In this document: piece by piece, positions 29,158-39,230 of the stretch | Position numbering within the stretch: the stretch's first letter is position 1 | Layout: every line of letters begins with the position of its first letter | NCBI GenBank assembly: GCA_964427595.1 | Contig: CAYRUQ010000005.1 | Span: 1 to 59,267 of the forward strand | Origin: an uncultured Clostridiaceae bacterium | GTDB lineage: Bacteria; Bacillota_I; Bacilli_A; RFN20; CAG-288 | DNA length: 59,267 nt | Direction of reading: 5' to 3' | Notes under the pieces: generated by a model | Databases searched by the model: none | What the model saw: the letters and a program-made list of their open reading frames with translations, nothing else | Told to the model about the DNA's origin: nothing | Translations under genes and position numbers: made by a program

Positions 29158-31155
29158 ATGGAAAAAACGGACAAAAAACAAAGCATATGGGAATCCAAAT
29201 TGCTTTCCACCAAAGTCAAAACAGCTGATGTAAAACTGTTCCCTGAAACAGCGCTCGGTTATCTTGTAGGTCCAGCGTTTGCTTTAATGGCCAACAGTGT
29301 CGTCAACACCTACTTAAGCCAATACTGGAACAGAGTTCTAGGTCTTGGCACTTGGGCTTCAACATTCACTTGGCTTTTGCCACTATTAGCTACCATCGCT
29401 ATCTTCTGTGGCAACTTACTCATCGGTAGGCTCTTCGAAAGAAATCCTTCTATCGCTGGTAAGGCTCGCCCCTACATTCTTGTTGGTATGCCGTTGATGA
29501 CAATCGCCCTCTTCTGCTTATTCTTAGTTCCATTCCCAGGTGATCCACAAACTCTTGTCAGTAATCCGAGTATTTCTACTCTCGTCTTCATATCTGTCGG
29601 TTATATTCTCTACTATGCTGTCGCTTATCCTTTTTATTACACCTCTCACTCAGCATTAGTCAGCTTATCAACTCGTAGCGGTTCTAAGAGATCACTTCTG
29701 GCTACCGCTTCTAATGCAGGTCAAATCGTCGCTTCCGGTGCTGCTGGTATGTTCTTCCCCTTCATCATTGATGGATTAGGACTTTTACCAGATGAAAATG
29801 CTACTGCCGAAGCTATGGAAGAAGCTAACCAGCTCTGGGTCGTCTTAATCATCGTCTTAGTTGTAGTCCAAATTATCGGTTGTTTATGTGAATATTTCTT
29901 CACAAGAGAAAGAATCACTGAAGAGACAGTCAAACTCAGAAGAGAAAATCCTGACAATGCTGCTCTTCAAGCTAGAAAAGTCTCCACTAAGAAACAAGCT
30001 TCCATCTGCTTCCACGATAAATTCTGGTGGTTTGTTATCATCTTCTTCTTCCTCTATCAATTAGGCGGTATGTTGAAGAACAATGGTGCTTCTTGGTTCT
30101 CTCAAGCGTTCACAGGTGAAACTGGTCTTTCTGGAACAATCAATATCGTCGGCGCTATCCCTACAGCCTTAGGTATGTTCATCATTTGGCCTTTAGCTAG
30201 AAAGTTTGGTAAAGCCAATTGTATTAAAGTCGGCGCTTTAATAGCGGTGTTAATGGGTGCCTTAGGTTTCCTCGTTATCCCTCTCGCTGGCAACACTACT
30301 GCTGTATATGGTTTATCTATCAGTGCTTTCTGCTTAAAAGCTATAGGTACTGTTCCTGCTATGTATGTTTCAATGGCACTTCTCTCTGATGTCCTTGAAC
30401 ATCAAGAAGCTCTCTATGGTATCAGAACTGATGGTTTCACCATGTCTATCTATGGTTCCATCATGATCGCTATGCCTGGAGTAGCTAATGCTATCATCTT
30501 ATTAGTCAATAACAACATCGCTGTCACCTATTCTGAAGTTGGTCAAATCGCTAATACCTTCCTCTACTTTGGTGGTGAAGCTATCTGCTATTTAATCATC
30601 GCTATCATGTTCATCTTCATGAAAGTTGAAAAGTTCTCAAAATTCGATCAAAAAGCTATATTAGAAGACCAAAAAGAATTCGCTGCTAAAGAAGGTGCAG
30701 AATGGGTTGATCCTGCTGTCAGACTCGCTCTTGAAGAAGAACAAGCTGAAGAAGAGATCCATCAAGAACATCTTGAGAAGATCAGAAAACATGTCGAAAC
30801 TAACAACGCTAAGCGTGCTAGCCAATTAGCTAAGACCAACAAGACTAATTTAGTCGAGATGAATCTTGAAGATGAAATCGCAGCTTACGAAGCTCAAAGA
30901 ACTAAGAAAGCGGAAGACTCTGCTACTAAGAAAGCGGAAAGTGAGCGTATCAAAGCAGAGAAGTTACAGACGAAGCAAAACGAATTACAAGCTAAACTCG
31001 ATGCTATGACTACTCAAGAGCGTGATTATTACGATCAAAAACTCAAAGAGAAAGAAGAGAAATTAGCTAAACAAGAAGCTTTCTACGAAAGCAAATTCGC
31101 TCAATTAAGAGAAGGTACTGCTAAGCAAAGAGCTGAAAATTTAGGTGGCAACTGA
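29158..31155 (+). CDS. GPH-family (MelB/UidB-like) MFS sugar transporter with a long C-terminal coiled-coil tail
   Basis: About 12 hydrophobic segments, GKARPYIL, VAYPFYYTSHSAL, SDVLEHQEALYGIRTDG; last ~175 aa charged and helical. Confidence 0.88.
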   Translation: MEKTDKKQSIWESKLLSTKVKTADVKLFPETALGYLVGPAFALMANSVVNTYLSQYWNRVLGLGTWASTFTWLLPLLATIAIFCGNLLIGRLFERNPSIAGKARPYILVGMPLMTIALFCLFLVPFPGDPQTLVSNPSISTLVFISVGYILYYAVAYPFYYTSHSALVSLSTRSGSKRSLLATASNAGQIVASGAAGMFFPFIIDGLGLLPDENATAEAMEEANQLWVVLIIVLVVVQIIGCLCEYFFTRERITEETVKLRRENPDNAALQARKVSTKKQASICFHDKFWWFVIIFFFLYQLGGMLKNNGASWFSQAFTGETGLSGTINIVGAIPTALGMFIIWPLARKFGKANCIKVGALIAVLMGALGFLVIPLAGNTTAVYGLSISAFCLKAIGTVPAMYVSMALLSDVLEHQEALYGIRTDGFTMSIYGSIMIAMPGVANAIILLVNNNIAVTYSEVGQIANTFLYFGGEAICYLIIAIMFIFMKVEKFSKFDQKAILEDQKEFAAKEGAEWVDPAVRLALEEEQAEEEIHQEHLEKIRKHVETNNAKRASQLAKTNKTNLVEMNLEDEIAAYEAQRTKKAEDSATKKAESERIKAEKLQTKQNELQAKLDAMTTQERDYYDQKLKEKEEKLAKQEAFYESKFAQLREGTAKQRAENLGGN

Positions 31156-31169
31156 TTAAAGATGATCTC

Positions 31170-31202
31170 AATCCTCCTAGTTAAAAACTAGGAGGATTTT
31201 TT
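31170..31202 (+). terminator. Terminator after the transporter
   Basis: AATCCTCCTAGTT-aaa-AACTAGGAGGATT-TTTT. Confidence 0.88.
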
Positions 31203-31237
31203 CTTAAAAAAGTCTTCTTGTCACTGCTAAATTTTCA

Positions 31238-31266
31238 TTGAAACCAATACTGCTGTGTGGTATATT
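31238..31266 (+). promoter_or_regulatory. rpmB promoter
   Basis: TTGAAA-17-TATATT with an extended TG. Confidence 0.7.
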
Positions 31267-31311
31267 TTTAGAGCACGTGTCTAAATAACAATCAGTTGGA
31301 GGATAGTCAAC

Positions 31312-31527
31312 ATGTCTAAGAAATGCCCTGTCACCGGTAAAGGCCCTATGTCCGGAAATAATGTCTCCCACTCTATGAGACATACCCGCAGACGCTTCGG
31401 TGTTAATCTTCAGTGGACTACCATCGTTGTCGATGGTAGAAAACAGAGAATCAAGGTTTCTACAGCTGCCATCCGCACTCTCAGAAAGAATGCTAAAGTC
31501 AAAGAGAGTGCAGAAGTCGCTGCTTGA
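31312..31527 (+). CDS. rpmB: 50S ribosomal protein L28
   Basis: [17 protein letters not shown]...[20 protein letters not shown]; RBS GGAGG. Confidence 0.97.
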   Translation: MSKKCPVTGKGPMSGNNVSHSMRHTRRRFGVNLQWTTIVVDGRKQRIKVSTAAIRTLRKNAKVKESAEVAA

Positions 31528-31544
31528 TTTTATCAAAATAAAAT

Positions 31545-31578
31545 AAAAGAGCCTAGGCAACTGACCTAGGCTCTTTTT
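31545..31578. terminator. Bidirectional terminator between rpmB and glgA
   Basis: AAAAGAGCCTAGG-caactga-CCTAGGCTCTTTTT. Confidence 0.9.
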
Positions 31579-31594
31579 GTTTCTTAATTAAGAC

Positions 31595-33004
31595 TCACTT
31601 CCAATCGATTGAGTCGTATAAAGCGAGATATTCTCTAGCTGAGTTGTTCCAACCATACTCGCCTTTCATGCCGTTTCTGATCTCTTTATCAAGACCTTGA
31701 TGATAGTAATAACTAGAAGAAGCATAGAAGCAGTTGATGAAACCGAAGTAATCGTTGTTATTGAAGACGAAACCAGTCGCTTCATCACCGACAGAGATAT
31801 CCTTGACAGTATCATTTAAACCGCCGACATTAGAGACGATCGGGACGGTTCCATAACGCATCGAGATGAGCTGGCTTGTTCCACAAGGTTCAAAATAAGA
31901 AGGCATCAAGAAGTAATCGCTAGCGGAATATACGAGATGAGCGAGATTCTCATCATAACGTTTGACGAAATAAACCTGCGGATACTGCAAAGAATGATAG
32001 AGGAACTCATCTTCCATCTCACCAGTTCCGATAACGATCAGTCTTCCATCAGACTCTTTAAGATTAGGCATGCATTGGATGAGTCTCTCAACACCTTTTT
32101 GAGCCGATAAACGAGTGATAGCGGAATATAAAGGACCATTGAAGTGAGAGTCCATACCTAAGAGATTTAAAAGGTGAAGCTTGTTTTGTCTCTTACCTTC
32201 CGCATAACTGTTGATATCATAATTGGCGAAAAGATTCTTATCAGTCTTCGGATTCCAGACATCAGTATCAAGTCCGTTGACGATACCGACAAAATCATAA
32301 TGTCTAAAATAATCGATGACCGCCCCGATACCACTGAAACCGTCATGGTCAGAAAGTAATTCTTTAGCGTGAGTCTTAGAGACCGTGGTGATCTTATCAG
32401 CGGTCATGATACCGGTCTTCAAGAAGTCGAAGCTATCACCAAGTCTGACTAAACCATTATCATAGAAGTCGGTATGGAGATTGAAGTAATAAGAGAGATC
32501 CTCTCTTCTCGCATAGCCTTGATAAGCAGGGTTATGGATGGTTAAGACAGTCTTGATACTGTGTGGATTGTATCTAAGTAATAGAGGTAAGACCGCTGTC
32601 TGCCAATCGTTACAATGGACGACATCAAAGTCATTATGACGAGTTATGAAGGTGTTGACCGCCATCATAAAAGCAGCAAAACGGCCGATATCATCGTCAT
32701 ATCCGTATAAACCATCTCGATCAAACCATTCATTCATGGCTACGAAATAGAAATCGACTCCCTGATTAGTGACTTTAAAGACTCCACAGCCTTGATTTTT
32801 CCAATTCATGTTGAAATCAAAGGAGTCATAAAATCCTTTTTCAATATCCGGGAACTTTTTCTTAATATCTCTGTAGTAAGGAAGGATGACCGAGACTTGC
32901 TGATTCTCTTTGACTAAAGCCTTCGAAAAAGACCAAATGAAATCGGCTAATCCACCAGATTTGCAGTATGGAAGAGCTTCGCCAGTGACTAATAAAATAC
33001 GCAT
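31595..33004 (-). CDS. glgA: Glycogen synthase
   Basis: KSGGLAD, VHCNDWQT, TIHNPAYQG, PSYFEPCGTSQL; start ATG 33004 overlapping the glgD stop. Confidence 0.96.
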   Translation of the reverse strand: MRILLVTGEALPYCKSGGLADFIWSFSKALVKENQQVSVILPYYRDIKKKFPDIEKGFYDSFDFNMNWKNQGCGVFKVTNQGVDFYFVAMNEWFDRDGLYGYDDDIGRFAAFMMAVNTFITRHNDFDVVHCNDWQTAVLPLLLRYNPHSIKTVLTIHNPAYQGYARREDLSYYFNLHTDFYDNGLVRLGDSFDFLKTGIMTADKITTVSKTHAKELLSDHDGFSGIGAVIDYFRHYDFVGIVNGLDTDVWNPKTDKNLFANYDINSYAEGKRQNKLHLLNLLGMDSHFNGPLYSAITRLSAQKGVERLIQCMPNLKESDGRLIVIGTGEMEDEFLYHSLQYPQVYFVKRYDENLAHLVYSASDYFLMPSYFEPCGTSQLISMRYGTVPIVSNVGGLNDTVKDISVGDEATGFVFNNNDYFGFINCFYASSSYYYHQGLDKEIRNGMKGEYGWNNSAREYLALYDSIDWK

Positions 33005-34119
33005 CAAACGATATCTCCTCTAGCGATGTAAAGAGGATCATCAGCGGTACCGATAACCTCGTTAACATGTAAGACTTGAGCTTCTTTATCGACGATTGCA
33101 TTCTCGATAATCGTATTTTCATCGATATATGAACCAGAACCGATGAAGGAGTTTTTGATGACGCAACCTTTCTTGATTCTGACATCACGTCCGATGATCG
33201 AATTGATGACTGTTCCTTCGATGATAGTACCATTAGCAATAGAGGCGTTCTTGACCAAAGAACCGGGCTGATATAAAGCTGGAGGAGTGTCATAAGTCTT
33301 GGTGTAAATCGGCCAATTCTCTTTAAAGAGAGAATTGAAGACATCTTCATCTAGAAGCTCTAAGGAGTACTTGAGATAATGAGCGAGTGAATCAAAGCTT
33401 CTGACATAACCGGTGTGCTTGACTGCTCTGATCAAGATAGAAGGAGAGATGTAACTTAAAGCATCGACTAATGAGAAGAAAGAAGAAGTACCGGAAGCGA
33501 ACTCAATCAAGCTTTCAAGCATCGGATAATCCATGATCATAGCGCCGAGAGAGACATCTCCTTCAGGACTCTCACCACGATTGACTTCAAACTTGGTGAC
33601 CTTTCCTCTATCAGAAACATAGACTTTCTTAGCGTTGATGAAGGAATCTTTCAGTTTATTGACATGAGCGTAAAGAAGGGAGATTCTGCTTCCAGAAGCG
33701 ATGTGATCGTTTAACAACTTTCCATAATCGCATTCCATCACGATGTGAGGGGAACAGATGACGACATAATCAGGATCGACCTGTTTTAAAAACCATCTGT
33801 TCTCGATTAAACAAGCGACATCAGTGTTATAAGAGGAATTAGCGATATTGGGCTCATCATATAAGACATGGAAATCACCGATCTTGGTGTTCTTGATCCA
33901 AGGGCGACCGCTTCCGACATGTCTCGTTAAAGAACGGATATGGTTTTGACAAAGGATACCGATAGAAGGAATACCGGAGTTTAAAAAATTAGAGAGAGCG
34001 AAATCAACGAAGGCATAACGCCCTAAAAAGGAAGTCGAAACGATGGCTCTGTGTTTGGTCATCGGACCGAAATCGGGATTGTTGAAGCAATCGACTAGAC
34101 CTAATACTTTTAATGACAT
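33004..34119 (-). CDS. glgD: ADP-glucose pyrophosphorylase, GlgD subunit
   Basis: GlgC-like fold without the GGxGTRL motif, FLGRYAFVDFALSN, beta-helix C-terminus. Confidence 0.93.
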   Translation of the reverse strand: MSLKVLGLVDCFNNPDFGPMTKHRAIVSTSFLGRYAFVDFALSNFLNSGIPSIGILCQNHIRSLTRHVGSGRPWIKNTKIGDFHVLYDEPNIANSSYNTDVACLIENRWFLKQVDPDYVVICSPHIVMECDYGKLLNDHIASGSRISLLYAHVNKLKDSFINAKKVYVSDRGKVTKFEVNRGESPEGDVSLGAMIMDYPMLESLIEFASGTSSFFSLVDALSYISPSILIRAVKHTGYVRSFDSLAHYLKYSLELLDEDVFNSLFKENWPIYTKTYDTPPALYQPGSLVKNASIANGTIIEGTVINSIIGRDVRIKKGCVIKNSFIGSGSYIDENTIIENAIVDKEAQVLHVNEVIGTADDPLYIARGDIV

Positions 34120-34128
34120 AATAGCCTC

Positions 34129-35235
34129 CTAGCCGTTGATGAGGAGAATATCCTCACTATTTCCTATCTTGTCGGAAGTGACTTTCGTCGAAGAACCGAC
34201 GATCGCATATTCGACCTTGACACCAGGTGCGATATAAGCTCCAGGCATGATGAAGGAATTGATGACCTCAGCTCCTGGTTCGATAATGACTTCATTAGAG
34301 ATGATAGAATGGACGACTTTACCTCTGACGACTGCGCCTTGGTTGATGATTGAATCCTCCACCTGAGCGCTAGGAGCGATGTATTGAGGACGAGAGCAGG
34401 TATCAGCTGAATAGATACGGAAATCCTTATCAAAAAGCTTCAGAAGACAATCAGAATCTAAGAGATCCATATTAGCTTCCCATAAAGATTTGATCGTTCC
34501 GACATCTTTCCAGTATCCGTTAAACGGATAGGCGAATAATCTCTTGCCATTGTTTAAAAGATCAGGAAGGACATTCTTACCAAAATCATGGTCAGTGTCT
34601 TTCAGCTTGTGATCCTTGATCAAGGCTTCTCTAAGCAGACTATAGGTGAAGATATAGATACCCATCGAAGCTAAAGTGGACTTCGGATTCTTCGGTTTCT
34701 CTTGGAATTCGATGACCTGATTATCCTTACCGGAGACGATGATTCCAAATCTGGATGCCTCTTCGATAGGAACATTGATACAAGCGATAGTGACATCAGC
34801 ACCATTCTTCTTGTGATACTTGAGCATCTCGGAATAATCCATCTTGTAGATGTGATCACCAGAGAGGATAACTACATACTCACAATGGGTCTTATCAAGC
34901 CAATCGATATTCTGATAAATAGCATCCGCAGTACCAAGATACCAACTCGCTCCTTCTGGGGTTTCTCTAGGAGGGAGAGTCGATGTCAAAGACCCAGTTC
35001 CATTGATACCCCAACTTCCACCATTACCGATGTAGTTATTGAGAACTGTTGATTCGTATTGAGTGGCGATACCGACACAATCAATACCCGAATTAGCGAC
35101 ATTAGACAGCACGAAATCGATGATTCTATACTTACCACCGAAAAAGACTGCAGGCTTTGCGATTTTGCTGGTCAGAGATTTAAGTCTGGTACCTCTGCCA
35201 CCGGCTAAAATCATGGCAACCATCTCTTCTTTCAT
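34129..35235 (-). CDS. glgC: ADP-glucose pyrophosphorylase
   Basis: LAGGRGTRL, KPAVFFGGKYRIIDF, GTADAIYQN, SGDHIYKMDY, FQEKP. Confidence 0.98.
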   Translation of the reverse strand: MKEEMVAMILAGGRGTRLKSLTSKIAKPAVFFGGKYRIIDFVLSNVANSGIDCVGIATQYESTVLNNYIGNGGSWGINGTGSLTSTLPPRETPEGASWYLGTADAIYQNIDWLDKTHCEYVVILSGDHIYKMDYSEMLKYHKKNGADVTIACINVPIEEASRFGIIVSGKDNQVIEFQEKPKNPKSTLASMGIYIFTYSLLREALIKDHKLKDTDHDFGKNVLPDLLNNGKRLFAYPFNGYWKDVGTIKSLWEANMDLLDSDCLLKLFDKDFRIYSADTCSRPQYIAPSAQVEDSIINQGAVVRGKVVHSIISNEVIIEPGAEVINSFIMPGAYIAPGVKVEYAIVGSSTKVTSDKIGNSEDILLING

Positions 35236-35245
35236 GATAGCCTCC

Positions 35246-35259
35246 TGTAAACGCTTTCA
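35246..35259. promoter_or_regulatory. Perfect cre box between the glg promoter and the glgC RBS
   Basis: TGTAAACGCTTTCA matches TGWAARCGYTWNCW; minus-strand promoter TTCATA-17-TATAAT at 35268-35296. Confidence 0.75.
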
Positions 35260-35377
35260 ATAAAGACATTATACTCTTTTTCTTCATTAATATGAAGAAC
35301 ATATCAAAGAAAGTATCTCCTGCTAGTCAAATAAAACCTGAATTCAAAAAAAGATGACTGAAAACTTGTCATCTTAG

Positions 35378-35410
35378 AAAAAGGCGACCCGACTAGTGTC
35401 AAGTCGCCTT
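35378..35410 (-). terminator. Terminator after GH3-B
   Basis: Minus strand AAGGCGACTTGAC-acta-GTCGGGTCGCCTT-TTT. Confidence 0.85.
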
Positions 35411-35417
35411 GGATTTA

Positions 35418-38400
35418 TTAGGCTTTTTTCTTCTTGAGATTTCTCTTGTAATACTCTAATGAGAAGAAGACAAGTCCAGCCGCAGTTGCGACGCCGAATA
35501 CGACATCAGTGACGATTAATGTGGTTTGCCACCAGGTTAAGACATAACTGATCGTGGTGTTGGAATCATATCCGTTCATCGCCGCTGAGTGAACGACGGT
35601 GTAAAGGATTCTGTGAGCGGATTCTCTCATCGCCCAAGCCAGTTCACCATAACCTTCTTTATAAGCATCGAATTGTCCTTCACCTGAGATAGAACCATCG
35701 ACGAGGTCGTTTCCGCATAAGATAGCAGCAGGCATCTTGACCAAACCGATGTAGAAGGTGAGAGTTCCATAAGTGGAGGAGATGTACATATCGGTGACAG
35801 TGAAGCCATCGAACCCTTCTTCACCTCTCAACCAATCGGTCATCAAGTTGGATTTGACAGCAGCGACTCTAGTTCCGATACGGCTATAAGCGGTCATCAT
35901 AGCGTGAGGATTAGATTCTTCGATGACGATCTGGAAGGCTCTGAGATAAAGTTCACGGAAGCTCTGTTCGTTAAGCCAGACGGAGAGACCATAACGATTG
36001 ACTTCTTGATCGTTTAAGACGAAGTGCTTGATATAAGCGTAGACACCCTTCTCTTGTAAGCCGTTGATCAAATCAGCAGCAGCCATACCAGAAAGATAAG
36101 CATCTTCGGAGAAGTATTCAGAATTACGACCAGAATATTGAGAACGATGGAGATTGACACCAGGTCCGTAAAGACCAGAATAACCAGCCCATAAGCCGTT
36201 TTCACCATACATCTGACCGACTTCATAAGCTAATTCATGATTCATAGAGGAGGCTAAGATACCACCAGCTGCGAATCTTGAAGGCATGACAGAACTATCG
36301 ATTCCGACTTCAGTAGCTAAGGAATCAGAGGAGTTAGCGAAAGCTTGAGTGACACCTAAGCAACCATTGTGGTCTAAGGTCTGAGGCTTAGAGATCGTAT
36401 CGACAGAAGCGGTCATTCTCATACCTTCGCTTAAGAGAGAAACAGTCTCATCCCAAGTGAGCTGATCCAGAAGCCTATCCCAAGCATCAGAATCATAAGG
36501 GATGTCATCACCATTTTCATCGACTCTCAAATCGATTAAGTTGAGACCAGAATCGACACCATAAGTAGGATATTCAACATCATCTTCAGTCAACATTGAA
36601 CCATCCCAACCAGCTCTGAAATCAGAGAGCATGCCGTTAGTCATATTGACGACGACATGATTATCGTTGACATACTCATACTCATTTTCAGCAGAGTAGT
36701 CCTCTAATTGGACAGTGCCAGCCCAATCATTACGAGTCATGTATTCGACAGTATCAGTGGAGTTGGTGTACTTATTTAAATCAGAATCTTCGAAGAGATT
36801 GGTGATCTCAGCACCGGTTTGACTAGAGACAGAATAGGTCTCTGTATCAACAGCGGTCTGACCTAAGACTTTCTGAGCTAAAGTAGCATCACCTTCAGCA
36901 TCCATTCTGTTGTTGGTGCTACTAGGAGTGTAACCCTTAGCAGCTAAGAGGTTATTGGTAGCTTCATGAGCACCGTTTCCTAAGACGAAATAATAATCAC
37001 CAGGAGTGAGAACATAAGTCTCAGCATTATCAGCATCATAAGAAGCTAAGTATTTGCCATCGATGGTGATGGTGACAAGCTCAGATCCACCATTAGCGGC
37101 TAAAGTATCAGTCTTTCCATAACCGACGAGTTCAACTGAGCTAGCTTCAACTCCGTTTTCGATGTTATAGGTGTCATAAGGTTTAGAGAGATAAACTTGG
37201 ACAGCTTCTTTACCAGCATAATCGCCAGTGTTGGTGACTCTGACAGAGACGGTGTAGACATCTTCATCGTCATCATAGCTGACGTTGTAATCAGAATAAG
37301 AGAAAGTCGTATAAGAGAGACCATAGCCAAACGGGACAGAGACAGTGGTTGAATAATCATAATCGCCAGTGTTGGCTCTACCAGTCACATAATCCTCATA
37401 ACGAGTCTCAGTGTAGCGATATCCGAGATAGATACCCTCCTGATAAACGAGGTAGTGAGACTCATAACCGCCGCTTCCACTAGAAGCAGTCTGAAGATCA
37501 AAATCATCGATGTTAGCCCACTCATAACTGGATTGGTTAGCTAAGACCGGGTTGGCGGAATTGTTATACCAATAAACATCATTAGCCTTACCAGAAGGAT
37601 TGACATTGCCGACTAAGAGATTTCCTAAGCCTTCAAAACCGGTTGTACCAGGAGCTAAAACAGAGATACAAGCATCGATTCCATAAGCTTCATCATCAAG
37701 GAAAGCTAAATCGACAGTAGCAGTAGCGTTGATGATGACGATGATCTTAGAGATCTCACCAGCATCCTTCTTAGCTTTCAAACCAGCTAAGACACCAAGT
37801 TCATCAGTGGAGAGAGTCAAACTATCTCCGTTATAAGTATCAGTGGTGCCGTTGTGGTTGAGGTCCTTATTTCCTTCACCAGCATAACGAGTGATGCTGA
37901 AGAAAGCGGCATCTCCATACTCAGAGACATTGGTGACATCATTATTGACGACAGACCAGGGAACTTCACCGACAGTTTCAATCATCGGGCCATCAGTACC
38001 CATACCATTTCTAGTATTGCCGTAATTACCAGAAGCATAATAGGTCTCATAAGCGCTGACAGCAGTCTCGTTGACTACAAGACCAGCGTCTTTTAAACCT
38101 TGGATGAAGTCGATCTCACGACCACAAGCTGAGTCAGAGACAGAGCCAGAGGAGGTATAGACAGGATCGACGCTTCCGATACCATAAGTAGTGACTTTAT
38201 CACCGGCACTTAAAGGAAGAGCGTTGTTCTCGTTCTTGATTAAGACAGCACCTTCTTCAACTTCTTTTTGAATAAGTTCATCGGTGTCTTCAATCATCTC
38301 CCAGAAGCCTTCTTCACTGACTTCATAAGAAGATTTGTAGTACTCAGTGTCAGTCTCTTCACTTGATTCAGATTGAACGGTAGTGACATTGGTAGTTCCT

Positions 38401-38519
38401 AAGAAGGTGTTGATGGCGTTGACATTGTTGTTACAGATGTAAGTGGCTAAGACTGATACTCCTAAGAGTGAAGCACCAGCAGTTAAAAGGATTTTACTTC
38501 CTGTGTATTTTTTTGACAT
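35418..38519 (-). CDS. GH3 beta-glucosidase family (GH3-B), permuted domain order, N- and C-terminal membrane anchors
   Basis: EGAVLIKNEN, RYAGEG, PFGYGLSYT, GKEAVQVY, GRNSEYFSED, IKHFVLNDQE, TVTDM; terminal TMs. Confidence 0.93.
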   Translation of the reverse strand: MSKKYTGSKILLTAGASLLGVSVLATYICNNNVNAINTFLGTTNVTTVQSESSEETDTEYYKSSYEVSEEGFWEMIEDTDELIQKEVEEGAVLIKNENNALPLSAGDKVTTYGIGSVDPVYTSSGSVSDSACGREIDFIQGLKDAGLVVNETAVSAYETYYASGNYGNTRNGMGTDGPMIETVGEVPWSVVNNDVTNVSEYGDAAFFSITRYAGEGNKDLNHNGTTDTYNGDSLTLSTDELGVLAGLKAKKDAGEISKIIVIINATATVDLAFLDDEAYGIDACISVLAPGTTGFEGLGNLLVGNVNPSGKANDVYWYNNSANPVLANQSSYEWANIDDFDLQTASSGSGGYESHYLVYQEGIYLGYRYTETRYEDYVTGRANTGDYDYSTTVSVPFGYGLSYTTFSYSDYNVSYDDDEDVYTVSVRVTNTGDYAGKEAVQVYLSKPYDTYNIENGVEASSVELVGYGKTDTLAANGGSELVTITIDGKYLASYDADNAETYVLTPGDYYFVLGNGAHEATNNLLAAKGYTPSSTNNRMDAEGDATLAQKVLGQTAVDTETYSVSSQTGAEITNLFEDSDLNKYTNSTDTVEYMTRNDWAGTVQLEDYSAENEYEYVNDNHVVVNMTNGMLSDFRAGWDGSMLTEDDVEYPTYGVDSGLNLIDLRVDENGDDIPYDSDAWDRLLDQLTWDETVSLLSEGMRMTASVDTISKPQTLDHNGCLGVTQAFANSSDSLATEVGIDSSVMPSRFAAGGILASSMNHELAYEVGQMYGENGLWAGYSGLYGPGVNLHRSQYSGRNSEYFSEDAYLSGMAAADLINGLQEKGVYAYIKHFVLNDQEVNRYGLSVWLNEQSFRELYLRAFQIVIEESNPHAMMTAYSRIGTRVAAVKSNLMTDWLRGEEGFDGFTVTDMYISSTYGTLTFYIGLVKMPAAILCGNDLVDGSISGEGQFDAYKEGYGELAWAMRESAHRILYTVVHSAAMNGYDSNTTISYVLTWWQTTLIVTDVVFGVATAAGLVFFSLEYYKRNLKKKKA

Positions 38520-38530
38520 TTCACTTCTCC

Positions 38531-38989
38531 CTACTCTTTGACGGGTTCTTGTTCTTCTTCAACTTCAACAGTTTCTTCATCAGCGCTATCTCTGACTACA
38601 GGGACGAAGATAGAAGCGACGCTAGCAGCGTAAGTGAGAAGATAGAAGATGATAGAAAAGATGAAATCGGTGTTGAAAGAAGTCAAATCGACACCAGTGT
38701 AAACAGCAGCGACATAGTTGTAAGCTTGAAGGACGAAACAACCGATAGAAACAGCGCTCAAGATAGTGTTACAAGCGGGGATGAAAGAGGCTTTCATCAA
38801 GAAGAAAAGAACGATGTCGACGACGATGATAAGGATGTAACACACCATTGAACCGACATGCTGATAACCGCCAGCATTAGCTACTCCGACACCATACAGA
38901 ATGAGAGAGACGATGGCGAATAAAAGGGTTGCAAGAACGAGGAAGATACCAGGGCCAAGCGTCTTGATACGATTTTTAAAAGATTCCAT
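38531..38989 (-). CDS. Small 4-TM membrane protein co-transcribed with GH3-B
   Basis: Start ATG 38989 behind GGAGG; four hydrophobic segments and an acidic tail; 11-nt gap to GH3-B. Confidence 0.82.
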   Translation of the reverse strand: MESFKNRIKTLGPGIFLVLATLLFAIVSLILYGVGVANAGGYQHVGSMVCYILIIVVDIVLFFLMKASFIPACNTILSAVSIGCFVLQAYNYVAAVYTGVDLTSFNTDFIFSIIFYLLTYAASVASIFVPVVRDSADEETVEVEEEQEPVKE

Positions 38990-39198
38990 TATTCCTCCAT
39001 ATATCTTTGTCGTTTTTTTAGAAAAATAAAACTGGCAAAGTGAAATCAAGTTATTGTAAGAAAGCTGTTTCAAACTTTCCACACAAAAATTACAAAAAAT
39101 TTTGTTTCTGGCACAGAAAATAGGCTAAATTTTGACAAAATTACAATAAAGTTTACAAAAAATCCTGAGAGATAGGACTTGAAAATAGTTAGCAAAAA

Positions 39199-39222
39199 GA
39201 AAAACAGGCCCGAATGAGCCTG
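39199..39222 (-). terminator. Terminator of the jetABC-like operon
   Basis: Minus strand CAGGCTC-attc-GGGCCTG-TTTTT. Confidence 0.75.
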
Positions 39223-39230
39223 CTTATTCT

